64,000 nt of DNA from a bacterium. GTDB taxonomy: Bacteria; Patescibacteriota; Minisyncoccia; Phycocordibacterales; VMGT01. Position 1 is the first letter of the stretch; each line of letters begins with the position of its first letter. The stretch covers positions 15,583-79,582 of the forward strand of contig JAUYPI010000015.1 of NCBI GenBank assembly GCA_030697645.1, given 5' to 3'. Below are positions 1 to 8,927 of this stretch, piece after piece. Both the position numbers and the translations under genes were made by a program. The notes beneath the pieces are model-generated. The model was not told the origin of the DNA and made no database searches. It saw only the letters and a program-made list of their open reading frames with translations.

Positions 1-1261
1 TGTTTGAGCCGCCGGACGTCCTGGCCGTCTACGAGGACTGCGCCCTCCTCTACATCCGCGAAGCGGAGGATGAGTTTCGTGATCGTGGTTTTGCCGGCGC
101 CCGAGTGGCCGACGATGCCGACCTTTTCTCCTGCCCGAATCTTGAGAGAAAAATCGGAGAAGATTTTTTGCTTATGATACGCAAATGTCACGCGGTCGAA
201 TACGATCTCGCCCCCGGCGATATGGAATTCTTCCGGCGCGTCGGGATCGCTAATGTCCGATTTTTTTTCGAACACCTCGACAAGTTCTGATGCGTTTGAG
301 AGCGTTCTGGTGAAGCGGCTTATCGAATTTCCGAGAAACCAGAGACTGTTAAAAATTCTGCCGAAGTAGAGCTGTACGAGTACCACGGTTCCCGTCGAAA
401 GGGCGCCCGCAAGCCAGAAGCGGATTGAAAGATACATACCGACGATCTCAAGGAGCATCATGAGCGTCCCCTGTGCCGCGTACATGACGATCTCAAAATT
501 CCATGCTTGACGCCGTGCTTCTTCTTGGCGGCCGGTGTAGACCGTAAATGCGTCATACTCACGTCTGCTCGACGCGAACATTTTTATATTGAGAATGTTC
601 GTAATCACATCCGCGATGCGGCCGGTCACCTTTGAATCTTCCGCTGCCTCGGCGAGATCATACGGGCGTTGTTTTCGGATAAACAATAAAACGATCGCGA
701 TGAATGCGACGCTCCACAGAAAGAAGAAAATCGCTATTCCCGGCGATGCTTGGAAAAGCACCACCAGTACCACAACGAGAAGCAGGCCGTTCATCCAGAA
801 GTTGAAGGCGAATACTTCTTGCATGTTTTGAAATGCGTCTATATAACGGCGCGTGCTCGCGACGAGCGAGCCGACGAACGTGTTGCTGAAAAAACTATAC
901 GAATGCCGGGTGATCCGCACGAATGCGTCATTCGCAAGCGCCCGGATTATCTTGCGCTGCGATTTCCAAAGCAGGTAGTCCGCCAGGCGATAGGCGATAT
1001 TGCTTGCCACGGCGGCTATCACAACAAAAAAGAGCAGGTGAAAAAGCGTCTGCGCGATCGCTGACTTCTCCGGCTCGCTTGATATGGCGTCTATGAGTCT
1101 GCGGTAGAGGACCGGCGTGACTCCGTTCGAGATGAGCGTTCCGGTCGCATAGAAAGAGAGAGCCGAAAAAAACGACCAGCGGTATTTTTTCATCTGGAGC
1201 CAGTAGTAGTGTATGATGGTGCGAAAACGCACGCCACCTTTTTGTTTTTTAGTTTGTGCCA
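1..1261 (-). CDS. ABC transporter, fused permease/ATP-binding protein (MsbA-like); C-terminal nucleotide-binding domain runs off the window edge
   Basis: The minus-strand frame from ATG (complement of 1259..1261) to nt 1 encodes multi-TM segments followed by a Walker A motif (GHSGAGKTT) near nt 60..100. The ORF continues past the window start, so it is absent from the supplied ORF track. Confidence 0.55.
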
Positions 1262-1446
1262 TGGTGTTACGGTCGGGAGCCTAAGGCTCCTCGCCCAAAT
1301 AACTTTACGAACCTCGCGCTCACTGCGCATTCACCTGCGGCTCGTGCTCAATCACGAAATCCTCGTCGTACAACCAGTACGCCTACGGTTTCGTTCATTG
1401 CGCGCCAAGCCACATCTGAACGCACATTGAACACGAGTTCCGCAAA

Positions 1447-2052
1447 TTATTTTGGCGAGGAGCCTAAGGTCTTGAGCGCCGCCTTGATCCTCTCGCTCGT
1501 GTCTGCGGTGCTTGGCGGCATTTTTTTGAGTGCTTCCCGTGCCTCACGGGCGCTGTAGCCGAGGGTGGTGAGGGCGTCAATGACATCGCCGTAGTCCTCG
1601 CCCGCGCTATCCGCCTCGCGTGCGCTTGCGAGCGAGTCGCGGAGTTCGAGCACGATTTTTTGGGCCGTCTTTTTGCCGATGCCGGAGACCTTGGTGAGGT
1701 AGGAAGTGTCGCCGCGCGCAATCGCGCTCCGCAGGGTCTCGACCGGCGCGAGGTCGAGGATCGCAAGAGCGGATTTTGGCCCGATGCCGGAGACCGATAT
1801 GAGCCGCTCGAAGAGCGAGAGTTCGTCGCGCTCACGGAAGCCGAAGAGCTCGAGCGCGTCATCTCGCACCACAAGGTGCGTCCAGAGGGAGACCTCGCCG
1901 CGCGCGGCGCCGTGCCCTGCGCTCCCTGGTGCGGGACGGAGTGCCGCGCGCGCGTCGGCGCCCACGCGCACGCGGTAGCCGACGCCATGAACGTCGAGAA
2001 TAATGGCGTGATCCTCAACGAGGACAATCGAGCCGGTGAGTCGACCAATCAT
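1447..2052 (-). CDS. ruvA: Holliday junction DNA helicase subunit RuvA
   Basis: The 201-aa product has an N-terminal OB-like domain (MIGRLTGSIV...GVGYRV), two HhH motifs (SGIGPKSA, VSGIGKKTAQKI) and a C-terminal domain, which is the canonical RuvA layout. Confidence 0.9.
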   Translation of the reverse strand: MIGRLTGSIVLVEDHAIILDVHGVGYRVRVGADARAALRPAPGSAGHGAARGEVSLWTHLVVRDDALELFGFRERDELSLFERLISVSGIGPKSALAILDLAPVETLRSAIARGDTSYLTKVSGIGKKTAQKIVLELRDSLASAREADSAGEDYGDVIDALTTLGYSAREAREALKKMPPSTADTSERIKAALKTLGSSPK

Positions 2053-2090
2053 AGCGCCATGATAGCGCCCTTGATTTTTTTCGCAAATTT

Positions 2091-2177
2091 GTGTAGAAAG
2101 TAGAAAGTGGAGAGTAGAAAGTAGGACGACGTTCGTCGTCTACAATCTACCCTCTACCTTCCACTCTCTACTCTCTA
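2091..2177. repeat. Hairpin-array element, arm unit GTAGAAAGT / ACTCTCTAC, core GGACGACGTTCGTCGTC
   Basis: Direct copies of (a)gtagaaagt, a palindromic GC core, then inverted copies (ctctac/ctctactct). The element ends 7 nt before the rpsT ATG. Confidence 0.7.
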
Positions 2178-2183
2178 AGAACC

Positions 2184-2456
2184 ATGCCTATTACCAAATC
2201 AGCCCAAAAGGCCCATCGCAGCTCGCTTCGGAAGCGAGTGTTCAACCGTCGCCGCAAAGATGCGATGCGCGTGGGGATCAAGCGCGTGCGCTTGTCTATC
2301 GTGGTGGGGAAGCGAGAGGAAGGCGCGGCGTTCATCCCCGCGGCTTACAGCGCGATTGATAAGGCGGCAAAGCGCGGCGTCATTAAGAAAAACACCGCAG
2401 CGCGGAAAAAAGCGCGACTCATGGCGGCGTTACATCGAATCGGCCCTAAAACCTAA
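2184..2456 (+). CDS. rpsT: 30S ribosomal protein S20
   Basis: The 90-aa basic protein starts MPITKSAQKAHRSSLRKRVFNRRRK and matches S20 in length and N-terminal signature. Confidence 0.85.
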   Translation: MPITKSAQKAHRSSLRKRVFNRRRKDAMRVGIKRVRLSIVVGKREEGAAFIPAAYSAIDKAAKRGVIKKNTAARKKARLMAALHRIGPKT

Positions 2457-2530
2457 CCCCTAAAACCTAGAGCCTAACGCCAGAAGGTAAAGGTGTCGGT
2501 GACGAAATAACGAATGCACGAGAGAGCAAA

Positions 2531-2568
2531 CATCAAAACAGCGCGGTATAGACCGCGCTGTTTTGATG
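2531..2568. terminator. Intrinsic terminator hairpin (bidirectional candidate) between rpsT and the tRNA pair
   Basis: Perfect inverted repeat caaaacagcgcggt-ata-gaccgcgctgttttg followed by a T-rich tract. Confidence 0.55.
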
Positions 2569-2575
2569 TTTGTCG

Positions 2576-2650
2576 TGGTGCCCCCACGAGGAATCGAACC
2601 CCGATCTCGAGCTCCGGAAGCTCACGTTTTGTCCATTAAACTATGGGGGC
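2576..2650 (-). tRNA. tRNA-Arg (anticodon CCG), CCA encoded
   Basis: Reverse complement folds as a cloverleaf: acceptor GCCCCCA/TGGGGGC, D-arm GTTT/AAAC, anticodon loop TTCCGGA, T-loop TTCGATT, discriminator A plus CCA. Confidence 0.8.
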
Positions 2651-2687
2651 GCGCGCTCGCTTCTTCTCGAGCAGATTTTGCTCCGTA

Positions 2688-2759
2688 TCCCCCCGAGAGG
2701 AATCGAACCTCTGTTTTGAGATCCGCAATCTCATGTCCTGTCCATTGAACGACGAGGGG
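2688..2759 (-). tRNA. tRNA-Arg (anticodon GCG), no encoded CCA
   Basis: Reverse complement folds with a 7-bp acceptor (CCCCTCG/CGGGGGG), D-stem GTTC/GGAC, anticodon stem TGAGA/TCTCA with loop TTGCGGA, and T-arm AGAGG-TTCGATT-CCTCT. The GCG anticodon is unusual for bacteria, where ACG is usual. Confidence 0.6.
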
Positions 2760-2813
2760 TAATGTGTGCGAGGAGTATAGCAGGGTGGCGGTCAGTATGC
2801 CATCCGTGGGCGC

Positions 2814-3266
2814 CTAGAATCCAACCCAGCTCATAAGCCGCGCCGAGAGTGGTTCTTCGAGGGCCTCTTCGATGAGGTGGCGGCGGAGGAGACTGCGCGC
2901 GGGATCAAGATGCTCGTGCGGCAGGGGGATAGTGAGGTGGGGCGTGAAGAGCTTGTGCGGGCGCATGATGAGTTTTGGCGGCTCGCCGCTGGTTAATCCA
3001 AAGGCGTCAAATGCACTGTAGGGATAGAGCGTGTCGTCGAGCGAGATGCCGCGATCACCGAGCTCGAAGCGCCGCAGGCGAGGAGCTCGCGAGGCGATGA
3101 GTCCGAGCGAGACCGCGCTGATGACGATGAGTATCGCGAGCAGCACGTTTTGAAACATGAGGGCGGCCACCGTGAGTGCCGCGGCGAGGATGCCGAGCGC
3201 CCAATACCAGTCGGCGCCGTGTTCGCGCGCTTCGTATTCATACTCATCCCAGGTGATCGGCTGCAT
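2814..3266 (-). CDS. Hypothetical membrane protein
   Basis: 150-aa ORF with one predicted TM stretch (LGILAAALTVAALMFQNVLLAILIVISAVSLGLI). No recognisable domain. Confidence 0.4.
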   Translation of the reverse strand: MQPITWDEYEYEAREHGADWYWALGILAAALTVAALMFQNVLLAILIVISAVSLGLIASRAPRLRRFELGDRGISLDDTLYPYSAFDAFGLTSGEPPKLIMRPHKLFTPHLTIPLPHEHLDPARSLLRRHLIEEALEEPLSARLMSWVGF

Positions 3267-3375
3267 ACTCTATAAAGTCTAGCGCGTTTGGTATTTTGGA
3301 ACAAAGGAAAACCCCGCCGCAAGGTCGCGCGGCGGGGTTTGAGGAACATGAGGCTCTGGCAGGGCAGCATCTTCC

Positions 3376-4479
3376 TTAATAGAAAAGAGTTCTAAAAACT
3401 GGCTGGAACAGGCTGGTGTCTTTCCGACACGCGACCCGGAAGTCACAGCTCGGGCAATTGGGCTCCACGAGCTCGGGGCAGTAGGAACGTGCTCGCCAAA
3501 GCGCGTGATCCACAAATGCCATCACACGCCTTAGACGTGGGAGCCGGGCTCGCACAATCGTGGCAAGCGTATGGACGGCCTGATATGTCGCCCGGCGGAT
3601 CGCTTCCTCGATCGTTGCGGTGACAAAGAGTCGGGCACTATTTGCGGTGCGGAGTACTTTCGCGAGTAGCACCATGCCGCTCCTGAGGCAGACGCGCATG
3701 ATGTGGTAGTCAATGATCGGCCGCAGGTCTTCCCTCTCTGCCGGGACGAGAAAACGCTCGGGCCGCGAAATCATCTCCATCGCAAAGAGCCCGATTTTTT
3801 TTTGGAGCGGGTCCTCCCAAAAACCGGGGACCCACGAGAAGAGCCGATACAATGCTGCGAGCGGCTGTGCAGCGAGGTTTGCGACTTCGATCATTTTTTT
3901 CGGGCTGTTGAGGCCCGACAGTGCGGCACGAAAGTATGCGCCATAGCGGTGCGTGAGCGCGACGCGTGCCTCGATGTCAGGAAACGGCATGGGACCAAGA
4001 TCATCCGAGAGGAGATGCTGGATCGCAACGCCGCTCATGTGCGCGAGGCGGTAGGGCTCGAAGATGCCGCGGTCGCGGTCAAATTCCTGTTTGAGTGCCG
4101 CGAAGAGCAAGGCTGACCCGCGGTACTCTTTGCCTCTGATGTGGCCGGTGATGGGACTCTCATAGCGGCCGTCGCTTGCATACCAAAACCCGTGGTTTTG
4201 AACACAGCTGAATGCGAAAAAGTTTACTGCCTCACTGTCGCCTAGCCCCGGGAAGAGGTCGGCGGCGTAGGTGCGGACGCCATTTTTCTCGGAGCTGTGA
4301 AAGTCCATGCCGCCGCCGCTCTCCGGTATCGGCATCGAGCACAAGACATTTGCAATTTTTTCAATCCGTCGCGGGTTGGTTCGCGCGAGCATGGGTATCT
4401 CCTTGTGGACCGGAACGTCTTGGGTGTTCGATTCTGATGAGACAATAGCCGATTTTTCACCTTCTGACAACCCGCGCAT
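3376..4479 (-). CDS. Hypothetical protein, possibly DUF2419 / queuosine-salvage (Qng1)-like
   Basis: 367-aa ORF with consistent codon usage. Weak resemblance to Qng1 signature segments (SFW..G.Y.G..AL.AA, IDYHIMRV). The C-terminal Cys cluster CPELVEPNCPSCDFRVAC is not typical of Qng1. The family assignment is from memory, not a search. Confidence 0.4.
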   Translation of the reverse strand: MRGLSEGEKSAIVSSESNTQDVPVHKEIPMLARTNPRRIEKIANVLCSMPIPESGGGMDFHSSEKNGVRTYAADLFPGLGDSEAVNFFAFSCVQNHGFWYASDGRYESPITGHIRGKEYRGSALLFAALKQEFDRDRGIFEPYRLAHMSGVAIQHLLSDDLGPMPFPDIEARVALTHRYGAYFRAALSGLNSPKKMIEVANLAAQPLAALYRLFSWVPGFWEDPLQKKIGLFAMEMISRPERFLVPAEREDLRPIIDYHIMRVCLRSGMVLLAKVLRTANSARLFVTATIEEAIRRATYQAVHTLATIVRARLPRLRRVMAFVDHALWRARSYCPELVEPNCPSCDFRVACRKDTSLFQPVFRTLFY

Positions 4480-4588
4480 GAAATTTACAATAACCCACGA
4501 TCATAAATTAGTGTCAAATGTTACGCGATTTCGTGCTTCGGGTTTCGACACATGTGCTTACTGCTTGTTGCATAGTGCTTGCTGCTCG

Positions 4589-5320
4589 CTAGTGCGCGAA
4601 CGCAACGCATATGACACGACGCACTCCAGCGGCGCGGAGCGCGCGGCGGGCTTCAGCGAGTGTGGCGCCGGTGGTGGTGACGTCGTCGAGGACGATCACA
4701 TCGCGGCCGCGGACCGAGGCAGCAGAACGCACAGCAAAACTGCCGACGACATTTCGGAGTCGCTCGGCGCGGTCTCTGAGCGTGGTTTGCGGTTTTGTGT
4801 CGCGAATTTTGTACAGCGTGTGTGGCGTGTGCGTACACATTTCGCCGAGGAGCGAGGCAGTACGCGAGGCGAGAAGTGCGAGGGGGTCGCCACGCTCCCT
4901 TGCGCGCCTCGGTGAGGCGGGGATTGAGACGATGAGCGGTTGCGAGAGCGCGCCGAAGAGCGCGCGCTCCGCGATCTCCTCGGCGAGCACAGCGGCAAGG
5001 CACTCCGCAGCGAGCGCGATCGCCCTCGGCGAGGTGCGGTACTTCATTTCCCAGACGAGTCGCCGTACGAGCGGATCGCGGTACGCGAAGAGCGCTTCAA
5101 TATCAGCGCCGATCTTCTCTGCGCGCGGAGAGAGCTTCAAGAGTGCTTCGGCTGTGAGAGATCGGAGAGATCGACTTGCCGCTCTCGGCGGGGCGAGCAC
5201 GTCGAGTGTGTGCTCGGCGAGGGCATGAAGAACAGCCACAGCGCGTTGGACTTTTCCCCACAGAGGCGCGTTTTTCTTTTGCCGCGTTTTTGCAGCGGAT
5301 GGTATACTAGATGGTATCAC
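4589..5320 (-). CDS. comF: ComF-family protein (phosphoribosyltransferase domain)
   Basis: C-terminal PRTase motif VIVLDDVTTTGATL with a basic N-terminal region. It sits next to the pilus cluster, as comF often does. Confidence 0.7.
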   Translation of the reverse strand: MIPSSIPSAAKTRQKKNAPLWGKVQRAVAVLHALAEHTLDVLAPPRAASRSLRSLTAEALLKLSPRAEKIGADIEALFAYRDPLVRRLVWEMKYRTSPRAIALAAECLAAVLAEEIAERALFGALSQPLIVSIPASPRRARERGDPLALLASRTASLLGEMCTHTPHTLYKIRDTKPQTTLRDRAERLRNVVGSFAVRSAASVRGRDVIVLDDVTTTGATLAEARRALRAAGVRRVICVAFAH

Positions 5321-5410
5321 GGCAGCTCGAGCGGGGAGCGAGCAGAGGACAGACGGCGCACCCGCGGTACCTTATTATACTCCGCGGGGAGGGCATAAAC
5401 CCGAAACACC

Positions 5411-6616
5411 ATGACGTTCGGCGACTTACTTAGAACGCTGATGAAGGTCGTACGACGGCCGGTCTTTGGCACGCGTGGGCCGAGCGTTCTCGGAATAGAC
5501 TTCGGCACTTCCTCACTCAAGGTCGTGCAGGCGTATAAACAAGGCGGCAAGGCAATGCTTGAGACGTATGGGGCTGTCGCGCTTGGACCCTACGGCGGTG
5601 TCGAGGTCGGGCAAGCGACGCGTCTTAGTCCCGAGCAGGCGGCAGCGGCCCTTACAGACCTCTTCCGGGAGGCAAATGTAACGACGCGCCAGTGCGCAGT
5701 CGCGATCCCGCTCTCGGCGAGCCTCGTCTCGTTTATGCAACTGCCCGAGGTCTCCGAGAATGAGCTCACTACGATGGTGCCACTCGAGGCGCGTAAGTAC
5801 ATCCCGGTACCGCTCTCTGAGGTCTCGCTCGACTGGATGATCGTACCGGAGGTGCCCGCCGCGGGGGACCGGGCAGGGGGCGTTCAAGAGGGTGGCGCGT
5901 TTGGAGACAGTGACGCTCACACGCCCCGCTCGGCTTCGGGCGGGGCGAGAGAGGCAGAACGACGTAGTGCCGAACGCGTGGGTGTGCTTGTGGTCGCCAT
6001 TCACAACGAGGAGCTTGCACTCTACCGCGCGATTGGGAGAGCCGCCGCGCTCGCTGTGCATTTTGTGGAAGTGGAGATTTTTAGCGCGGTGCGCGCGGTA
6101 CTCCGACAGGGGATGGAGGTGGTGCTCGTGGTTGACGTCGGCGGACACACCACAAAGATGTATCTTGTGGAACGCGGTATAGTGAAGGGTACGCACAGTA
6201 TCAATCGCGGCTCGCAGCACATTACTGAGGCGCTCGCGCGTTCTCTCGGGATCCCCCTTACTGAGGCCGAGGAGCTGAAGCGGAGTGGCAAGATTGCGGA
6301 GAAGATGGGCGCTCGTACGCTCGAGGAGCTCGTGCCGACCCAGGTAGACCTTATTTTTGCAGAGATACGACGGCTTTTGATTCAGTATCAGCACCGCTCT
6401 CTGAGGGTTGTCTCGCACGCGATTTTTATCGGCGGCGGTGCGCTTCTTCCCGGTTTCCTCGATCGGGCGCGCGCGGTACTGCCGACCGAGGTCTCGCTCG
6501 GCGATCCGTTCCAGAAGCTCGAGGCGCCGGCGTTCCTTGAGGACGTGCTGCGACAGGCAGGGCCGGAGTTTGCGGTGGCCACGGGCTTGGCTCTCCGTGC
6601 GCTGGCGGAACAGTAG
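5411..6616 (+). CDS. pilM: Type IV pilus assembly protein PilM (actin-like ATPase)
   Basis: N-terminal LGIDFGTSSLKVV motif and a two-domain actin/FtsA-like fold pattern (VLVVDVGGHTTK). First gene of the pil cluster. Confidence 0.85.
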   Translation: MTFGDLLRTLMKVVRRPVFGTRGPSVLGIDFGTSSLKVVQAYKQGGKAMLETYGAVALGPYGGVEVGQATRLSPEQAAAALTDLFREANVTTRQCAVAIPLSASLVSFMQLPEVSENELTTMVPLEARKYIPVPLSEVSLDWMIVPEVPAAGDRAGGVQEGGAFGDSDAHTPRSASGGAREAERRSAERVGVLVVAIHNEELALYRAIGRAAALAVHFVEVEIFSAVRAVLRQGMEVVLVVDVGGHTTKMYLVERGIVKGTHSINRGSQHITEALARSLGIPLTEAEELKRSGKIAEKMGARTLEELVPTQVDLIFAEIRRLLIQYQHRSLRVVSHAIFIGGGALLPGFLDRARAVLPTEVSLGDPFQKLEAPAFLEDVLRQAGPEFAVATGLALRALAEQ

Positions 6617-6733
6617 CTCAAAAATTTTCAATTATCAATTTTATAATTTTTAATCAATTTTCAATTACTCAATTTTCAAACACGACGTCGTCCGTTATTG
6701 AAAATTGAAAATTGTAAATTGAAAATTATCACC
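6617..6733. repeat. Hairpin-array element (arm AATTTTCAAT / ATTGAAAATT, core CAAACACGACGTCGTCCGTT)
   Basis: Fills the whole pilM-pilN intergenic region and ends 3 nt before the ATG at 6734. The core contains the palindrome ACGACGTCGT. Confidence 0.8.
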
Positions 6734-7354
6734 ATGGACACTCGCTTCAAAACCACATTTATGTCGAAGCAGCCGATCATGGCGGCGTCGCAAAAGAGAC
6801 ATCGAACGCTCGGCCCGAGCGCCGATCTCCTCGGCATTGTCGTTTCCGGCATATTCGTCCTCGCGTTTCTCTTTGCTGCTGGCACGTTTCTCTACGAGCG
6901 TTTGTCGATCCGCCGCGTCGTCGTGCTGGAAAAAACACTCGCGGAGGCACGCGAGGCATTCGAACCTGCGGTGATCGAGGAGCTCAAGCGCGACGACGCG
7001 CGAATGAAGGCGGCCGAGGTGCTCGTTGCAGGTCACCGGGCAGCGACGCCGCTTTTTCGAGTTCTTGAGGACGAGACTCTTCGAAGTGTGCAGTACAGCT
7101 CGTTTGCCTATACGGTAGAGGGCGGGCCTGGGGGGAAACTCAAGCTCGATGGTAGAGCGCGAGGATTCCGTTCTGTTGCGCTCCAGGCAGATACCTTCGG
7201 TAGTCAGCCAGACCTGATCAATCCGGTATTTTCGAACCTCGATCAGGATGTGAAAACAGGGTTCGCGACGTTTGATTTCGAAGCACAAATCGGGAAGAGG
7301 CTTATGGATTATGGAGCGATGATTGAGAGTGAGGAGGGCGCTGGAAGGCAGTGA
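6734..7354 (+). CDS. pilN: PilN-like pilus assembly protein
   Basis: Short cytoplasmic N-terminus, a single TM (LLGIVVSGIFVLAFLFAAGTFL), then a coiled-coil periplasmic region. Positioned after pilM. Start taken at ATG 6734; the ORF track starts at 6698. Confidence 0.5.
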   Translation: MDTRFKTTFMSKQPIMAASQKRHRTLGPSADLLGIVVSGIFVLAFLFAAGTFLYERLSIRRVVVLEKTLAEAREAFEPAVIEELKRDDARMKAAEVLVAGHRAATPLFRVLEDETLRSVQYSSFAYTVEGGPGGKLKLDGRARGFRSVALQADTFGSQPDLINPVFSNLDQDVKTGFATFDFEAQIGKRLMDYGAMIESEEGAGRQ

Positions 7355-7399
7355 CCGTTTCTTATGAAAGTGCATGTTTTGTAGAATGGCTCGAACTGC

Positions 7400-7514
7400 C
7401 TCAATTATCAATGTTCAATTTTAAATTTTCAATCAATTTTCAATTACCAAATTTTCAAACACGACGTCGTCCGTTATTGAAAATTGAAAATTGTAAATTG
7501 AAAATTAATAATCC
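7400..7514. repeat. Hairpin-array element (same arm and core as 6617..6733)
   Basis: caattatcaatgttcaattttaaattttcaatcaattttcaattacc - caaacacgacgtcgtccgtt - attgaaaattgaaaattgtaaattgaaaatt. Ends 7 nt before the pilO ATG. Confidence 0.8.
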
Positions 7515-8135
7515 ATGAAGCCATTTATTTCCATTCTTATATTCGCCCTCAGTGTTGCCGTGGTGGTGTTCTATATCAAGCCAGCGTTGCCACGGATTAA
7601 GGCGCTCCGGCAGGATATCTTTTTTTTGGAGGATACGCTTGAGAGCGCGCGCGAGCTTCAGAGTGTGCGCGACAAGCTCCTCGCGAAGTATAACAGCTTC
7701 CCGCCGGATGATATTGAGCGGCTGCATAAGCTCCTGCCGGACAATGTTGATAATGTCCGCTTGATTATTGACATAGATGAGATGGCGAGCCGCTACGGCC
7801 TCACGATTCAGGATATAAACATTAAGCAGCAACAAGAATCGCGCGTGCGCACCGCCGGAGCGGCGGACGAGGAAGCGGAGGACTTTGGAACGAGTGCGCG
7901 CACGGCACGTGAAATGTCGGAGGCGGCGGAAGGACTCGTTGAGCCGAAGCTCTCATTCCTCACGCTTTCATTTAGTGTGGTTGCGTCCTACGAGCGGTTT
8001 CTCGCCTTCCTCCGTGACATGGAGCGGAGTCTGCGGATTGTTGACGTCACCGAGCTTTCGTTCGAGTCGGGCAAAGACGCCGCGACCAAGGGGCACCTGT
8101 TTAAGGTGGCGGTGAAGACGTACTGGCTGCAATAG
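7515..8135 (+). CDS. pilO: PilO-like pilus assembly protein
   Basis: N-terminal TM (FISILIFALSVAVVVFYI), coiled coil, and a C-terminal domain. Gene order is pilM-N-O. Confidence 0.5.
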   Translation: MKPFISILIFALSVAVVVFYIKPALPRIKALRQDIFFLEDTLESARELQSVRDKLLAKYNSFPPDDIERLHKLLPDNVDNVRLIIDIDEMASRYGLTIQDINIKQQQESRVRTAGAADEEAEDFGTSARTAREMSEAAEGLVEPKLSFLTLSFSVVASYERFLAFLRDMERSLRIVDVTELSFESGKDAATKGHLFKVAVKTYWLQ

Positions 8136-8136
8136 T

Positions 8137-8328
8137 ATGAAAATTTTCAATTTTCAATTTTGCAATTTTCAATCAATTTCCAAGTACTCAATTTTCAAAC
8201 ACGACGCCGTTCGTCATTAAGTCATTGCAGCATTGAAAATTTATTGAAAATTGTAAATTGAAAATTATGAACACCGGCGCTTGGTTTGACATTTGAGTTT
8301 GCTCCAATTTCGGATTTTAATTTGTTGT
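8137..8328. repeat. Hairpin-array element (AATTTTCAAT family)
   Basis: aattttcaattttcaattttgcaattttcaatcaatttccaag... core caaacacgacgccgttcgtcatt ... attgaaaatttattgaaaattgtaaattgaaaatt. Ends at the ATG of the next gene. Confidence 0.75.
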
Positions 8329-8697
8329 ATGGCTCTCGTAAAAAAATATTGGCTCGCACTTGTGGTAACCGCTGTCCTCGGCGCGGGTGCTCTGGCGTAC
8401 ACACTGTTCCGTTCTTCCGAGGTCACCGAGCTCGCATCGAGCGAGTCGAAGGATCCGGTTGTCGCCGCGCAGAGCGCCGAGACGCTCGAACTTTTGAGCA
8501 ACCTCAAAAGATTGAGCTTTGACGAGGCGCTCTTCCGCGATCCACGCTTCAGAAGCCTTATTGATTTTAGCGTTGAGCTCACGCCGGAGCCCAAGGGGAG
8601 GCGCAACCCCTTTTTGCCGTTTAGCGACGAGGGTGGCGGCGCGGCGGGCACCAGCACGTCCGCTCTGGTAGCAACGTCTACACGCTCTCTCCCATGA
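8329..8697 (+). CDS. Hypothetical pilus-associated protein (PilP-like position)
   Basis: About 122 aa with an N-terminal TM (YWLALVVTAVLGAGALAY). Sits between the pilO-like gene and pilB. Identity is inferred only from context. The ORF track starts at 8293. Confidence 0.35.
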   Translation: MALVKKYWLALVVTAVLGAGALAYTLFRSSEVTELASSESKDPVVAAQSAETLELLSNLKRLSFDEALFRDPRFRSLIDFSVELTPEPKGRRNPFLPFSDEGGGAAGTSTSALVATSTRSLP

Positions 8698-8739
8698 GCG
8701 GCGGGAACAGCGCTGTAGCATAAGAAGTGTAAAACGCAA

Positions 8740-8927
8740 AGCGAAAAGCGAAAAACAACAGCACAAAATTTCAAGCTCCAACCAACAAGCTCCAAACAAA
8801 TTCCAATGATTCAAATCTCAATCTCGAAACACGCCGGTTTGAGATTTGAGATTTGGAATTTGAGGTTTATTTGGAAGTTGTTTTTTGGAATTTGGAAATT
8901 CGTTTTCTTTGCGCTTTTCATTTCTGT
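8740..8927. repeat. Composite hairpin-array element (outer arms GCAAAGCGAAAA, inner arms ATTTCCAA / TTGGAAAT, core GAAACACGCCGGTTTGAG)
   Basis: Nested inverted repeats: acgcaaagcgaaaagcgaaaaacaacagcacaaaat...ttccaa... core ...ttggaatttgag...ggaaattcgttttctttgcgc. Ends at the pilB ATG (8928). Confidence 0.75.

Noticed and set aside
1464-2103. Alternative-frame ORFs overlapping ruvA (194 aa on the minus strand, 147 aa on the plus strand)
   Set aside because: RuvA in frame 1447..2052 has clear HhH motifs. The overlapping frames give Arg/Ser/Ala-rich products of GC-rich coding DNA.
4611-5228. 205-aa plus-strand ORF opposite comF
   Set aside because: Arg/Ser-rich antisense artefact. ComF on the minus strand carries the PRTase motif.
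5513-6631. 372-aa minus-strand ORF overlapping pilM
   Set aside because: It is antisense to PilM, and the product is Arg-rich low complexity with no domain. PilM on the plus strand has the conserved GIDFGT motif.
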